Both the position numbers and the translations under genes were made by a program. A DNA stretch of 64,000 nt from Blastocystis sp. ATCC 50177/Nand II (taxonomy: Eukaryota). Positions 27,401 through 39,585 of the stretch are shown one piece after another. Each line of letters starts with the position of its first letter. Positions within the stretch are counted from its first letter, which is position 1. Location of the stretch: the NCBI GenBank assembly GCA_039096935.1, contig JBBPEE010000035.1, positions 248,001 through 312,000 of the forward strand, read 5' to 3'. The notes under the pieces were generated by a model, which saw only the letters and a program-made list of their open reading frames with translations, had not been told where the DNA came from and did not search any database.

Positions 27401-30400
27401 CCTCCAGCTTCTCCAGCTGGATGAAGTGCGAGTACACGCGCGCGTAGCCCTCGCTCACGATCGGCGCCAGCGTGCGCCCGATCATCAGCCGCGTCTCCGC
27501 GATCAGCTTCTCCGCCTGGTCGAACTGGCCCTGGTGGATCAGCAGCGCCGCTTGGTAGAAGATGATCGCCGGGCTGCTCGACGCCGTCTTGTTCACGTAG
27601 TGCTCCAGATCGCTCCAGTCGCCCAGGTCGTACGCCGCCTTCGCCGCGTAGGACGCCACCACCTCGCCCTGCCCGCTGTCCTCCAGCTTGTCCTCCGCCA
27701 GCTTGATCACGCGCAGCACCATCTCGCTCTCGCCCAGCGCGCTCAGGCACCGGATGCGGCCCATCGTCAGCTCCGTCTGCAGCGGCAGGTTCAGCTGCTT
27801 GCGCTCGTACGCCTCCAGCGCCTCCTCCCAGCGGCCCAGCTTCTCGTACAGCTCGTCCTTCACCTCCGTCACATCGCCGTGGTACTTCTGGCTGTAGCGC
27901 AGCACGCCCACCGCCGCGTCCGACAGGTGCAGCTGGTTGTTGATCTGGATCAGCTTCTCGATGCACGTGTCGGGCGTGGTCTCGTACTCCATCTCCTTGT
28001 AGTGCAGCGCCTTCGCGTAGGCGTTGCTGCTGATCGCCAGGTTGCCCAGAATCCGGATGTCCAACGGCAACACATAGTCCTTGCTCATCTGCAGCACCAC
28101 GTCCTCGTCGTGCTCCATGAACTCGCCCAGCGACAGCAGCTGCATCACGATCTCCGGCGGCACCTGCGGCGACTCGAACGCCTGCTTGAAGCACCCCACC
28201 AGGTCCGCGCGGTTCGCGGGGCTCAGCTCGTTCCACATGGAGGTGAACGCCGCGTTGAACAGCTCGCTGGCAAATGGGTTGATCGCCTGCGCCAGCGCGT
28301 GGCAGGACCGCAGGGACGGGTCTGGCGACTCCTTGATCAGGTGCAGGGCGAAGCGCCGGTTCCACTCCTTCCAGTCCTCCTTGGTGGAGAGCGTGGTGGC
28401 CTGCCGCCAGAGGCCCTGCAGCGCGGTGGTGTCGCAGTGATAGGGGCGCGCGGGGTAGACGGCATCCTGCAGGATGACAGAGTCGTCGTTCTTGTCGAAG
28501 ACATACTCCATGATGGGCAGAATGCCGCCGCGATAGAGCGCGTTGGAGATCTCGTTGAACTTGGGGTAGACGATGTTCTTCTCGGCGACCACCTTGTTGA
28601 TGGCGGACAGGTAGATGTACGACTCCTGTTGCTTCTGACATATGATCGCGCAGATCACGTCCATGATCTCCGGGACCACGTCGCACACGTCGCAGGACAG
28701 CAGGCGCAGCAGAGGCATGATGATCTGCGAGATGTACAGCGACACGTCCAGCTCGTGCACGATGCGCCGCAGGCACTTCACGCCCTCCACCTGGAACACC
28801 GAGCACTTCTGCGTGTTCTCGATGAACCGCAGCAGGCACGGCAGCACCACGTTCAGGTGGTTGTCCAGCGACGGCACGATGCACAGCAGGCAGTGCACGA
28901 TCTCCGTAGCGGTCTTGCGCTCGGTGGTCTCGTCGCCCAGGATGCACAGCATGTGCGGCAACACGTACACCAGGTACAGCTTGAACTCGTTGTGGAAGCA
29001 CAGACTGCACGTGCGTACGAACCGCAGGATCTGCTGCTGGTTGGTCGTCCAGAAGGGCTCCATCGCCTTCAGGATGTCGGGCAGGTAGCTGCGGATGTGC
29101 TCCTTCACCTTCTGCACCAGATCCAGCAAGAAGTACACGATGCGCTCGAAGTGCAGCGGATCGCACTGCTTGCTCTCCATCGTGCGGATGAAAGGCGGCA
29201 CCACCAGCGACAGGTACGAGAAGGTGCTACGCGTAAGCCCGTCGGGATGGTATCACGTGTTGCTCATCTGACTCACCACCAGACTCAGCGCCTCGATCAC
29301 CATCTGGTGGTACGCACTGTACGACGCGTCCACGAACACGTTCATCAGCGCCTCCAGCGTGATCTACGCTTCAGCCCGCATACATGTGCCTACAATCAGG
29401 TTGCGCTCCGAGTTGCGGCAGAGAATGGGCCGCTGGTCCTGGTGCAGGTCATCGAACGCCGCGAACTGCTCCTTGTCCTCCGTGATTTGCTTGCTGCGCC
29501 TCACGCCCACTCCTCACTCTCACATGTTCTTGTTGTAGACGAAGGGGTCGATTGCGCCCAGCACGCCGATGCAGCGCATCACGCGGTCGTTCAGGTTGTA
29601 GGTGGTGCTGCCGCTGCGGTTGTGCTGGTTCAGCAGAATGTCCATCAGCGACGAGTACTGCAGGTACGGCGTGATCACGTACCCTGTGCAGTACACGTAC
29701 GTCTCCAGCAGCCCCAGCGCCGCCTCGCGCAGCTCGTTGTTCTGCTTCAACGCGTCGATGATGATGGGCATCAGAACGTCGCGGTGTTTCGACAGCTCGG
29801 GACTGCTCACCTCCGCCAGCAGCGACAACGTGTCGATGTACGCGATCTTGATGCTATCTACAGCTTACACCCACATGCCGCCGCCACCTTGCTGGATGTC
29901 CTTGAGCTGGTTCACCAGCAGCTCGAACACGGGGTTCACGTACGCCTCGATCAGGCTGGAGGTGGAGTGGATGGCCAGCCCGAGCAGCTGCACCGACTCG
30001 ATGATGGTCGTGCTCTCGCGCGAGTACCCCAGCGAGCGCAGCAGGTCCAGAATGAGTTGCCGAACTGCGTTGGTCGCCACGCCGGGGATGGAGGTGGAGA
30101 GTCGACTGATGATCTTCAGCACCGCCTTCTGAATCTCGTACTTCTCGTCGTGCAGCGCCATCAGCAGGAACGACACGTTCTCCGACTACGCCTCACGCCG
30201 CCGCGTCTGCGCCACCTGCAGCAGGTATGGGTCGAAGCGCTCGTCCAGCGAGTTGAGCAGACAGGCGCGCACGCTGCTGTCGCGGTCGCTGAGCCCCACA
30301 GAGATGAGCTTCTGCACCTCGTGGTACTCCTGCATGAACAGCGCCGTGTGCTTCATCGGCTTGTCCTTCTGCAGCAGCAGCTTGCACGCCACCGACACCG

Positions 30401-32113
30401 CGTTGCACCGAATGGTCTCGTTGGGGTCGTCCACGTACGGCATCACGTGCCGCGTGATGTAGTCAAACAGGTTCACGTTCTGCAACTCGAACACTTGCAG
30501 CGTGTGCAGCGCCAGAATGATGCTGCGTGTGTCGTGGCGCGTCCGTTCCGCTCTGTGCGTCAACCCACACCACCGCCGCCACTTGGTCCGTCGCATGGTG
30601 AAGGAGAAGGGCTCCTGCTGCGACTCCGCCGCGTCCTCGCCCAGCACCACCGACAGCTCCACCAGCAGCTTCTCCTGAATCAGCTCCAGACTGTCGTGCG
30701 TGTGCTTCGACACCTCCGTCAGCGTGTCGATCAGATCCTGCGAGATGCCCGCCACGAACAGCTACGCCTCACCGCCTCTAAGTACTGCCACGTCGTTGCA
30801 CAGCTTCGCGATCTTGTCCGTGAACCGCTCCTTCAGCGCGCACGACATGTGCGTGAAGCAGTTCAGCGCCTCGCGCACCGCGCCCGGCTTCCTGTTGGTT
30901 ATCGCTCCCCACGACCCCCACTTTTTGGGGTTCAGGTTCTCCTTCACCACGGCGCAGATACTGTCCAGGCGGTTGTAGGCGTCGTCCGGCAGCACCATGG
31001 CGAGCTCGCCGATGGCCTTCAGCGCCTCGCGGCGGTAGGTGTCGCGATGGCAGCATGACATCAGGTAATCGAAGCTAGGGTGGAGGCGGGGTGAAAGGGC
31101 TACACTTCCATGCGGTACTCGTCGGTGAGGAAAGAATCAGCGTAGATGCTCATGTAGCGCGTGATGACCGGAATTAGCCCTGATCGTCAGAAGGAGGGAG
31201 AAGGGGCACGGATGATGGTGATCTTGATGTACACCTCCTTTGTGTTGAAGTAGGACTGGATCGTCGAGTAGATCGAGTCAATGCTCGATCCGCAGAACTC
31301 CATGGAGTTGTTGAGGAACGAGTTGATGGCGATCAGGTAGCCGTGGATGGACTCGTTCCGACCATCTTTCGGAAGCTCCTGGATGAGGGTCAGGAAGGTG
31401 TAATAGAAGTCGTTCTTCTTCTGGTTCTCTCGCTGCTGCATGAGGACGAGACACGCCGAGAGCGCCTCTCCCGCGGCCTGGCGGATGAGGATCTGGCGAT
31501 CGCGCAGGGGCTCCAAGATGCTGTCCTGGAAGGACTGGATGTGTTGGTAGAAGTGCGTCGGCGAGTTGTTGGCAACCTCCTTCAGAACGAGCAGCGAGAG
31601 GATGCGCTTGTTCTCATCCTTTGAGTGTTGAAGATTGTTGAACGAGTCGTTCAGAACCGACTCGATAAACTCCGACAGATAGGAACTGCCCACCTGAAGC
31701 AAGTGTCCCAGCGTCTACGCGTAATTCCATAACCCCTGTCCGCTTACAGACGCCAATGGTTTCAAAAGGGTCTGCGAGTGGACGTCCTGCATCATCGACT
31801 CGAGGTACTGGGAAATGCGGATGTTACGGTCTTCTTCCTGATAGCCGAGATCTACCAGCTGATCCACGAGGTTAAGGAACCCCAAATGAGAAAACTCCTC
31901 GCCCGTTCGGTTCAGTCGAGTCAACAGCTGAAAGATCTCGTCACTAATCATCGAGTACTCCTGCGCGTCCGCGTTCTGGTATTTCCGCTCAATCCACTTC
32001 CTGTAGAGCGCCGCAGTCTGGATTCTCACCTCCTCCGAAGGCGACACCAAATCATCCAAAATGTGTTCGGAATGATCAAGAGGTGTGTGAAACAGCCTTA
32101 CTTGATCCTGCAT
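24460..32113 (-). CDS. TOR: Target of rapamycin kinase (HEAT, FAT, FRB, PIKK, FATC)
   Basis: [25 protein letters not shown]-like [56 protein letters not shown]. Confidence 0.96.
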
Positions 32114-32419
32114 ACTTAAATTCGGAAGAACGGGTGCGTGTTCGGCTTTGAAATGGAAGCAAAAGGGTTGTCCAAAATCGGGGTGGTTTTGGTGACCACG
32201 AACGAACTCAATTTTCTTGTGCTTTTAAGTGGGTATGGGTTCGTGTGATAGTCTATAGATGGTGGGAAGAGTTGGGGGTAAGTGAATCATCATCTTCACG
32301 ACGACAGATTTGGGAGAGGTGAAGGGGGTCGATGTGTTAGGAACACGTTGTATAGCTGGTTGGTGAAATGGAAGGAGAATGAACTGTTGTTTGCTTTAAC
32401 ACACAGAAAACCACATAGA

Positions 32420-34213
32420 CTAATGGAAAAAGAAGTATTTGGCAGCATAAGCACATCCGGCAATGACCACGCCAGCAATCTTCCACGCTGTGCGCTCTCC
32501 TCCCTGCGTAGGCTTTTTCGCTTCAGTACCATTCTTCATCCCTAACACCTTCTCATTCACATATGTATTGTCAATAATACAGCTCTTCACATTCGGCACA
32601 TCGCATACTTCCAGTGAACTCACATTACTCAGGGAATTCTCCATGCCACGAAGCACTTCCAACGCAGTCAACTCTACTCATTATCATTCTCTCATTCATT
32701 CACTTCTCAGTATCAGTTTCGATGTATTCGCAAACACACCACTTCCCAGCTCGATTCTTCTCAATGAAGGCAAGTCTAGTCATGATTACTCTCCAGTACA
32801 ATTCACTCTCAAATGTGACCTTCACCATATCCACAAAACTGTCATCCTCAATCTTCACACTCGTCAACACTTCACAGTTCTTCACTTCAAAGTTCGCGCT
32901 CTTCATTATACACTCACCCGCAGAGGCGGGCTTACAGAAACAGCTCTTTCCAATCTTCACAGTCTTCAAATGATGCATGTCTTCGAGAATGAAAGACAGC
33001 ACATGTTGGAAGCAATCATTTCCAATTATCAAGTCTTCCAACATGACGTAACAGGAGAATTCTTGACTGCTCATGGATTCATGACTTCCCACTCTATTCC
33101 AAATCGTTGCTTTGATTGTATCGGATTTGAGAAGTGACAAATCACTGTCACACTTCACATTCACTATGCCTGGTATCTCATTGCACGTTGTGCCCAGTTC
33201 AATGTTGAAAGAGGGACGATCTGCGGAACCAAGAGAAGGTGATTCTCTCACGCGAGTCATCAGACTGTACAGTATATCTGAGCGACGCGTATTAATGAGT
33301 CTTTGTACGGAGTCTTTCACGAACGGATGCTATTCATTAGTCTTCAATGAAGAACACACATCCATCAGATCTCTTGCATTCCATCGAGCATTCTCATCCT
33401 TCATCAAACACTTGCTGACGAAGTCGACAAAGTCATGCGTCCATTTCGATGAAGGGAGTGCAGGCGGCTCATTATTCAGAATGTGATCCATCACATCACG
33501 TGGTGATGTGTAGTTCTGATATGGGTTTCTTCGTTCTGCCAATTCAATCAGCGTAATCCCCAACGCCCATATATCACTCTTCAGTCCAGCACCCTTCTCT
33601 CCATACATCTCTGGTGAATTGTACCAATCAGTTCCCTTTTGACCCGTTCTTCTTGACCAAGAATGGTTCAATTGTTCGGATATACCAAAGTCAGCCAGTT
33701 GAATCAAGCCATTGTTGGATATCAGACAGTTCGATGGTTTGATATCCTATGCATTCATTCCACTCTCCATTACTCACTCTGTGAAACACATGCTTGCTAT
33801 GAAGATACACCAACCCAAGAACGAGACAACTCGCCACTTCTCTCAATTCAGCTTCCGTCAATTCATTTCCATTGTAAATGTATGAAGAGAGTGATCCGCA
33901 ATGGCAATAGTCCATCACAATCTAGTGATGAACTGTATGAGTTATCAATACCCATAGCTCGTCATCGACAGTGAGATAATCATAGTATCGAACAATGAAA
34001 TCATCATTGCATTCACCCAAGATCATGCATTCTCTTGGTATCGCGTTATTCGTTGTATTTAGTTTGATCTTCTTAACGGCAACGGCTCTGTAGTTCTTAT
34101 AGAGCGCAGCGTGCACCTCACCATAGGCTCTGCGAATCAACTCCTCTCTTTCTCACATACCCTTCTCCAACTCGTCCTCGAAAAGAATAGTCGTCTTTGT
34201 TACCGAGACTCAT
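32420..34213 (-). CDS. STE20-like Ser/Thr kinase with LRR-like repeats and C-terminal hydrophobic anchor (copy 1, uninterrupted)
   Basis: GEGAYG, VAVKK, HRDIKPSN, DFG, SPE, DIWALGITLIELAE; repeats LIIGNDCF/VKIGKSCF; tail WKIAGVVIAGCAYAAKYFFFH*. Confidence 0.8.
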
Positions 34214-34863
34214 AGCAATTGAAAGAAAGAATGAACTGAAAAACGGTGACCAAAAACAGGTCGTATTTGACTCAGTTACGGAATTCCGTTATTACAACTG
34301 AAGACATCACACACGAATAGCCAACAGTCTATTGCGGTCAATGGAGTGTGGACAGCAACGAAGAATGACTGTATTGTCGTGAATCACATATCGTGTGCGA
34401 TTGGACTCGTCGTTCTCATTTCCAATTGAGCTGAAATGCACAGAGAGTGAATACTCAGTCATGCGGTTGGTACAGAAGAGAACAGTCAATCGAGTCAATA
34501 CAGTCCAGATTCATCATTCCAATGCTTGGAATAGCAAAGAGGGCACTAGAAAAAGCAGTAGGTAATGATTTGAACTCCAGGAGCATTCATCGGCTCACCG
34601 TACGTGAAATGAAAGAAGAATGCTCTGTAACACTGTACTATAGAAATCACCGTTATTAGCGCAATGAACAACACATATCCGCCAAACACTCCACAATTCC
34701 ATTCAGCTGCTCCATACACTCATGCTCCATCAAACCGTAGAACGTTTCGTGGATTCTCCGTGGATAGGAGTGGAGTTGGGTCAAAAACGTATTGCGTCCA
34801 AAATCGTCCGTAATTGTGGCAGGAAGAGACGAGCGTCTTTTCTCATCCATTTATGTATTAGTA

Positions 34864-35671
34864 ATGCAGACGGAGTCAAAATCGTTTGAGTCATCCCTTC
34901 CTTGTATTCGTCTAGTGGTTTCTCCCTGAATGAGGAAGAGCGGTCTTCTTTTCTCTCCCGCCTGCTGTTTCTCTGGCTAGACCCCATTCTCACCCTAGGA
35001 AACAAACGGAGCATTGAAATCGATGACCTGCCTCACTTGTCGTATCTCTGTATTACCCCATTTGTTGTCTTGAAGAGACGACGAAGTGCATCGTGGAGCT
35101 GGAGACGGGCCGCATCGTGATCGATTGCGTGGACATCAGCACCATCGGGCTGGAGGACCTGCGCTCGAAGATGGCGATCATCCCGCAGGAGCCGCTGCTG
35201 TTCTCAGGCACCGCGCGCGACAATCTGGACCCGTTCAAGCAGTACACCGACAAGGAGATCTGGTCCTCGCTGGAGCGCGCGCGCATGTGGCAGACGGTGG
35301 CGGAGAACCCTGCGGGGCTGGAGGCGGTGGTGGAGAAGCACGGCAGCAACTTCTCGGTGGGTCAGAGGCAGCTGCTGTGCGTGGCGCGGGCGCTGCTGCG
35401 CAAGTCGAAGGTGATTCTGATGGACGAGGCAACGGCGTCCATCGACGTGGAGACGGACCTGACGATCCAGAAGACGATCCGCAGCGAGTTCAAGGACAGC
35501 ACGGTGATCACGATCGCGCATCGCATCCACACCATCAGCGACAGCGATAAGGTGCTGGTGCTGGATCTGGGCGAGGTGAAGGAGTTCGACGCGCCGAGCG
35601 TGTTGCTGAGCGACAAGAACTCGTTGTACAGTCAGTTGGCGGAGAAGTCGAAGGAGGTGGAGTGTATGTAG
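34864..35671 (+). pseudogene. ABCC/MRP transporter remnant: N-terminal lasso segment joined out of frame to the distal part of NBD2
   Basis: SSFLSRLLFLWLDPILTLG..IDDL directly followed by IIPQEPLLF, NFSVGQRQLLC, ILMDEATA, TIAHR; no TMDs, NBD1 or Walker A. Confidence 0.75.
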
Positions 35672-37254
35672 TGTTCTTGTTTGCTCTAACATACACTGTT
35701 GCGACAGCAAACACACAAACTAACGAAACAGGAGGCACTTAATGACGTAAGCAATTCCAGCAAGCACCGCTATCCCTATCACCCCACTTATGTCTTCATC
35801 TGTTGATTTCTCATTCTTGGTAGTTTCCACTCTTTTCTTCTCACGCATCATCCGATTCACCATTTCTTCGATCACACCACCATTCTTCAGCTCCACCACC
35901 TTCTTTACATTCACAAAGACAGTATCAAACTGGCAACTCTTCACGTTCGGCACGTCACACACTTCCAGTATCCTCACATTACTCAGTGTATTACCCGTGC
36001 CACTAAACTCTCGCAATGCATTCAAATCTAGTCATTATCATTCTCTCATTCATTCACTTCTCAGTATCAGTTTCGATGTCTTCTCGAACACATCTCTTCC
36101 CAGCTCGATTCTTCTCAATGATGGCAAGTCTAGTCATTATTCATTTCATATACAATTCACTCTCAAATGTGACCTTCACCATATCCACAAAACTGCCATC
36201 GTCGATCTTCGCACTCGTCAACACTTCACAATTCTTCACTTCAAAACTGATGCTCCTGATCTGGTACATGCCATCAACAGCAGGTTTGCAGAAACAGTTC
36301 TTTCCAATCTTCACAGTCTTCAAATGATGCATGTCTTCGAGAATGAAAGACAGCACATGTTGGAAGCAATCATTTCCAATTGTCAGTTCTTCCAACAGAT
36401 GATAACAAAAGAACTCTTGACTGCTCATGGACTGATGACTTCCCACTCCATTCCAAATCGTTGCTTTGATTGTATCGGATTTGAGAAGTGACAAATCACT
36501 GTCACACTTCACATCCACTATCAATGTGTCCTCCTTGGGATTCGGTGTTTGGGGATTCTCAAGTGAGTTTTTCACGCGAGTCATCAAGTTGAATAGTAGC
36601 TCTGAGTACTCGTTGTCTTTCAGTTTCTGTACGGAGTCTTTCACGAACGGATGCTATTCATTAGTCTTCAATGCAGAACGCACATCTATTAGTTGTGTTG
36701 CCTTCCATCGAGTATTCTCATCCTTCATCAAACACTTGCTGACGAAGTCAACAAAGTCACGTGACCATCTCGATGAAGGGAGTGCAGACGGTTCACCATA
36801 AATGATCTTGTATAACACTGCTTCTCTCCCCAAACCATGATATGGTTCTTTTCGTTCTGCCAATTCAATCAGTGTAATGCCCAATGCCCATATGTCACTC
36901 TTCAGTCCTGCCCCGCTCTTTCCTTCTCCCGAAAAGACTTCAGGTGCCCAGTACAGTGGTGTGCCTGCTTGACCCGTTCTTCTTGACCAAGAATGGTTCA
37001 ATTGGTCTGACAAACCAAAATCAGCCAGTTGAATCAAGCCATTGTTGGATATCAGACAGTTCGATGGTTTGATATCCTATGCATTCATTTCATTCTCCAT
37101 TACTCACTCTGTGAAACACATGCTTGCTGTGAAGATACGCCAATCCAAGAACGAGACAACTCGCCACTTCTCTCAATTCAGCTTCTGTCAATTCATTTCC
37201 TTTCAGTCCATTTCCACCGTAAATGTATGAAGAGAGTGATCCACACTGGCAATA

Positions 37255-37300
37255 AAGTAGTGGCACAAACCCCTGAAATGGCACAAACCCCGGAACGACC
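37255..37300 (+). repeat. Left TIR with internal direct repeat TGGCACAAACCCC x2
   Basis: AAGTAGTGGCACAAACCCCTGAAATGGCACAAACCCCGGAACGACC. Confidence 0.96.
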
Positions 37301-37450
37301 TCTTAGTTCTTTTTCACCAATTTTCATGTGGATAGGTATTAGTGTAAGAAACATGTTTATTCAATCAAATGTTCTAGAATCTTCCAGAATCTTCCAAAAC
37401 GAATAACAGAAATCATTACCTTTTTGGCCAATCTTCATTATTTCTTTGAG

Positions 37451-38698
37451 ATGAACCGCGTGTTTGCAAGGAGTGAAGTGAGGAATCAAACCTCACCCAG
37501 AAAGAAGTTCAGCGCCATCAAACGGCTGAGCGGCGATGTGAATTGCGATGATGTCGATTCCAATCAACTTCTTCAGAAGAAACTGAAACTCTCCAAATCA
37601 TCCTACTATAGTGCAGTGAATGCGATGAAAGAGGGGAGGGAGGTTGGGCGCAACGGGAGACCACCCTATCTTCGAGATGTGGAAAAGGTCGAATTTTGGG
37701 ACTGGGTGGAGTGCAAGTCCCATGAGGGTAATTGTGCAACTATGAAGGAGATGCGCGAGTATGTTACGGACATTGTCCGGGCCAAACGCCCCGCCGTTTT
37801 GCATAACCGGAGATTGGTGTCCAGAGGGTACATTCGCAAAATCTTGGGGGAGGGGGGGCTTTTGCTGGATAAGTGTTGCAATTCCTATACTACTAAGAAA
37901 CTACTATCCATTGATGAGGCGAGCGAGTTCTTCGCTCTCGTGGGTAAGGTTCTGAAAGAGTACGGAATTACACCTGATCTTGTTTTCAATTTTGACGAAT
38001 CGTGGATCTCGCCCCAGGACAAGGCGCCGCGCTGTAAAGTAGCTCATGCCCGTGGGGATATCCCTACCAAGAAGCAGGGCAATCCGAGAGAGCACTATAC
38101 TCTGGTAGGCTGTATCTCGGGGGCGGGTCTGGCATTACCCGAGTATTACATTATCCCTCCCAGAAAGCGCCTCGCGCCGATTCTGGAGAAGATTCATTTG
38201 GATAATAACTACATTGCCCAGTCCGCGAAGGGTTGGATGAGCAATGAGAGCTTAGCTCGGTGGATGCGCGATCTGCTGATTCCCGCGGTAAATCAGATCA
38301 GAGGCAACAACAAGGATAGACATGCCCTGATAATAGCAGATGCGCACGCAAGTCGGTATGACAAGGCTGTGGAGCGAGCTTTAAGAAGTGAAAACATCCA
38401 TATGGTCATCCTGCCTGCGAAGACCACTGCTCTCCTCCAACCCCTGGACGTGGGGATCTATAGTCCCTATAAGACCCACCTCAAGGAGTACTGCAAGAGC
38501 AACGGGATAGAAGCCGTGCTCGATGCTTCTAGAAACGCCTTTTCGGATGCCTTCACAAGAAGCAACATCCTGCAGGCCTGGAAGCGAACGACACTGCTTT
38601 CTGATGACCACTCCTCCATCCTAGCTCAGCTGCCGGAGAAGAACGAAGAACGCCGCAATTGCCGGAAATCGCGATTGACGGGAGTGAAGCTGTTCTGA
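37451..38698 (+). CDS. DD35D transposase (CENP-B-like HTH plus DDE_1), intronless
   Basis: GRPPYL linker; VFNFDESW, IIADAHASR, LLQPLDVG; 35 residues between the 2nd and 3rd Asp; uninterrupted ORF. Confidence 0.93.
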   Translation: MNRVFARSEVRNQTSPRKKFSAIKRLSGDVNCDDVDSNQLLQKKLKLSKSSYYSAVNAMKEGREVGRNGRPPYLRDVEKVEFWDWVECKSHEGNCATMKEMREYVTDIVRAKRPAVLHNRRLVSRGYIRKILGEGGLLLDKCCNSYTTKKLLSIDEASEFFALVGKVLKEYGITPDLVFNFDESWISPQDKAPRCKVAHARGDIPTKKQGNPREHYTLVGCISGAGLALPEYYIIPPRKRLAPILEKIHLDNNYIAQSAKGWMSNESLARWMRDLLIPAVNQIRGNNKDRHALIIADAHASRYDKAVERALRSENIHMVILPAKTTALLQPLDVGIYSPYKTHLKEYCKSNGIEAVLDASRNAFSDAFTRSNILQAWKRTTLLSDDHSSILAQLPEKNEERRNCRKSRLTGVKLF

Positions 38699-38930
38699 GC
38701 CTGGCCAAATTCGGTGTGATAGTGTTTTGTTGTAAACACAAAGAAAATGCAAAAGGGTTTGAAGAAATAGGCCTTGTGGGGGAGAAATGACGAAAGATAC
38801 GGTCGACCAATGAGATTTGAGGACCGTTTTTCTCCAGATTCTTCCATAGGAGCTCTTGACTATCTATGGCTTAACCCTAATAACTCTTCATGTACTATCC
38901 ATTGGGCAGGGTAGTGGGCGTTTCGCCGGT

Positions 38931-38976
38931 GGTCGTTCCGGGGTTTGTGCCATTTCAGGGGTTTGTGCCACTACTT
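38931..38976 (-). repeat. Right TIR
   Basis: Exact reverse complement of 37255-37300. Confidence 0.96.
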
Positions 38977-39585
38977 TAGTCCATCACAATCTAGTGATGA
39001 ACTGTATGAGTTATCACTACCCATAACTCGTCATCGACAGTGAGATAATCATAGTATCGAACAATGAAATTAGATTGGTACTTCCTCAGCATCTCACACT
39101 CAGTCTGTAGATCCATGTTAGTCGAACATGACTTTGCCATTTTTATGGCAACCTTTTTGTTTCTGCACTTATCCCATGCTTTGAACACTTTGCCAAAAGA
39201 ACTACGAATCAACCCTTCATTTCCTCACACACCCTTGTCCGATCATTTCTAGTAGTTCATAGTCATCTCGCGTACTGTTGCTCATTGCTTTTGACGCGAA
39301 ATGATGGAACAAAAAGGGTTGACAGGATTCTAGCCGATTTCGTCCTCAGTTAGGGCGTTCCATTCAGATTGCCACTAGTCCTCTTCTGATGCATACCGAT
39401 CTTATCTGCTTGTTAGCCTGGCAATGCTGCTGTGCCCTCCTGAATCAACAATCGCTGATAACCAACTCGTTATCCGTCATACCACTCATAAACCACTGTC
39501 TCAAAACAATGCCACACTTGGCAACTCGTATTCCACGATCACTCTGAATAACCTCATCAACAAACAGAAAGAGTCATAGAGTACA

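Larger units (their letters stand above)
37255..38976 (+). mobile_element. Full-length Tc1/mariner-superfamily (pogo/Fot1-like) DNA transposon, 1722 bp
   Basis: 46-bp perfect TIRs; TA duplicated at 37253-37254 and 38977-38978; empty site GGCAA-TA-GTCCATCAC in the paralog at ~33903. Confidence 0.96.
35720..39285 (-). pseudogene. STE20-like kinase/LRR paralog (copy 2), disrupted by a DNA transposon in a kinase exon
   Basis: MSNSTRDDYELLEMIGQGSFGKV, VAIK, HRDIK, DFG, WAPE; MDY|C codons split by the insertion; tail ISGVIGIAVLAGIAYVIKCLLFR*. Confidence 0.8.

Noticed and set aside
27267..31058. Very long plus-strand ORFs (1263 aa here; 631 aa at 25272-27167)
   Set aside because: Antisense shadows of the GC3-rich TOR coding sequence with no recognisable motifs.
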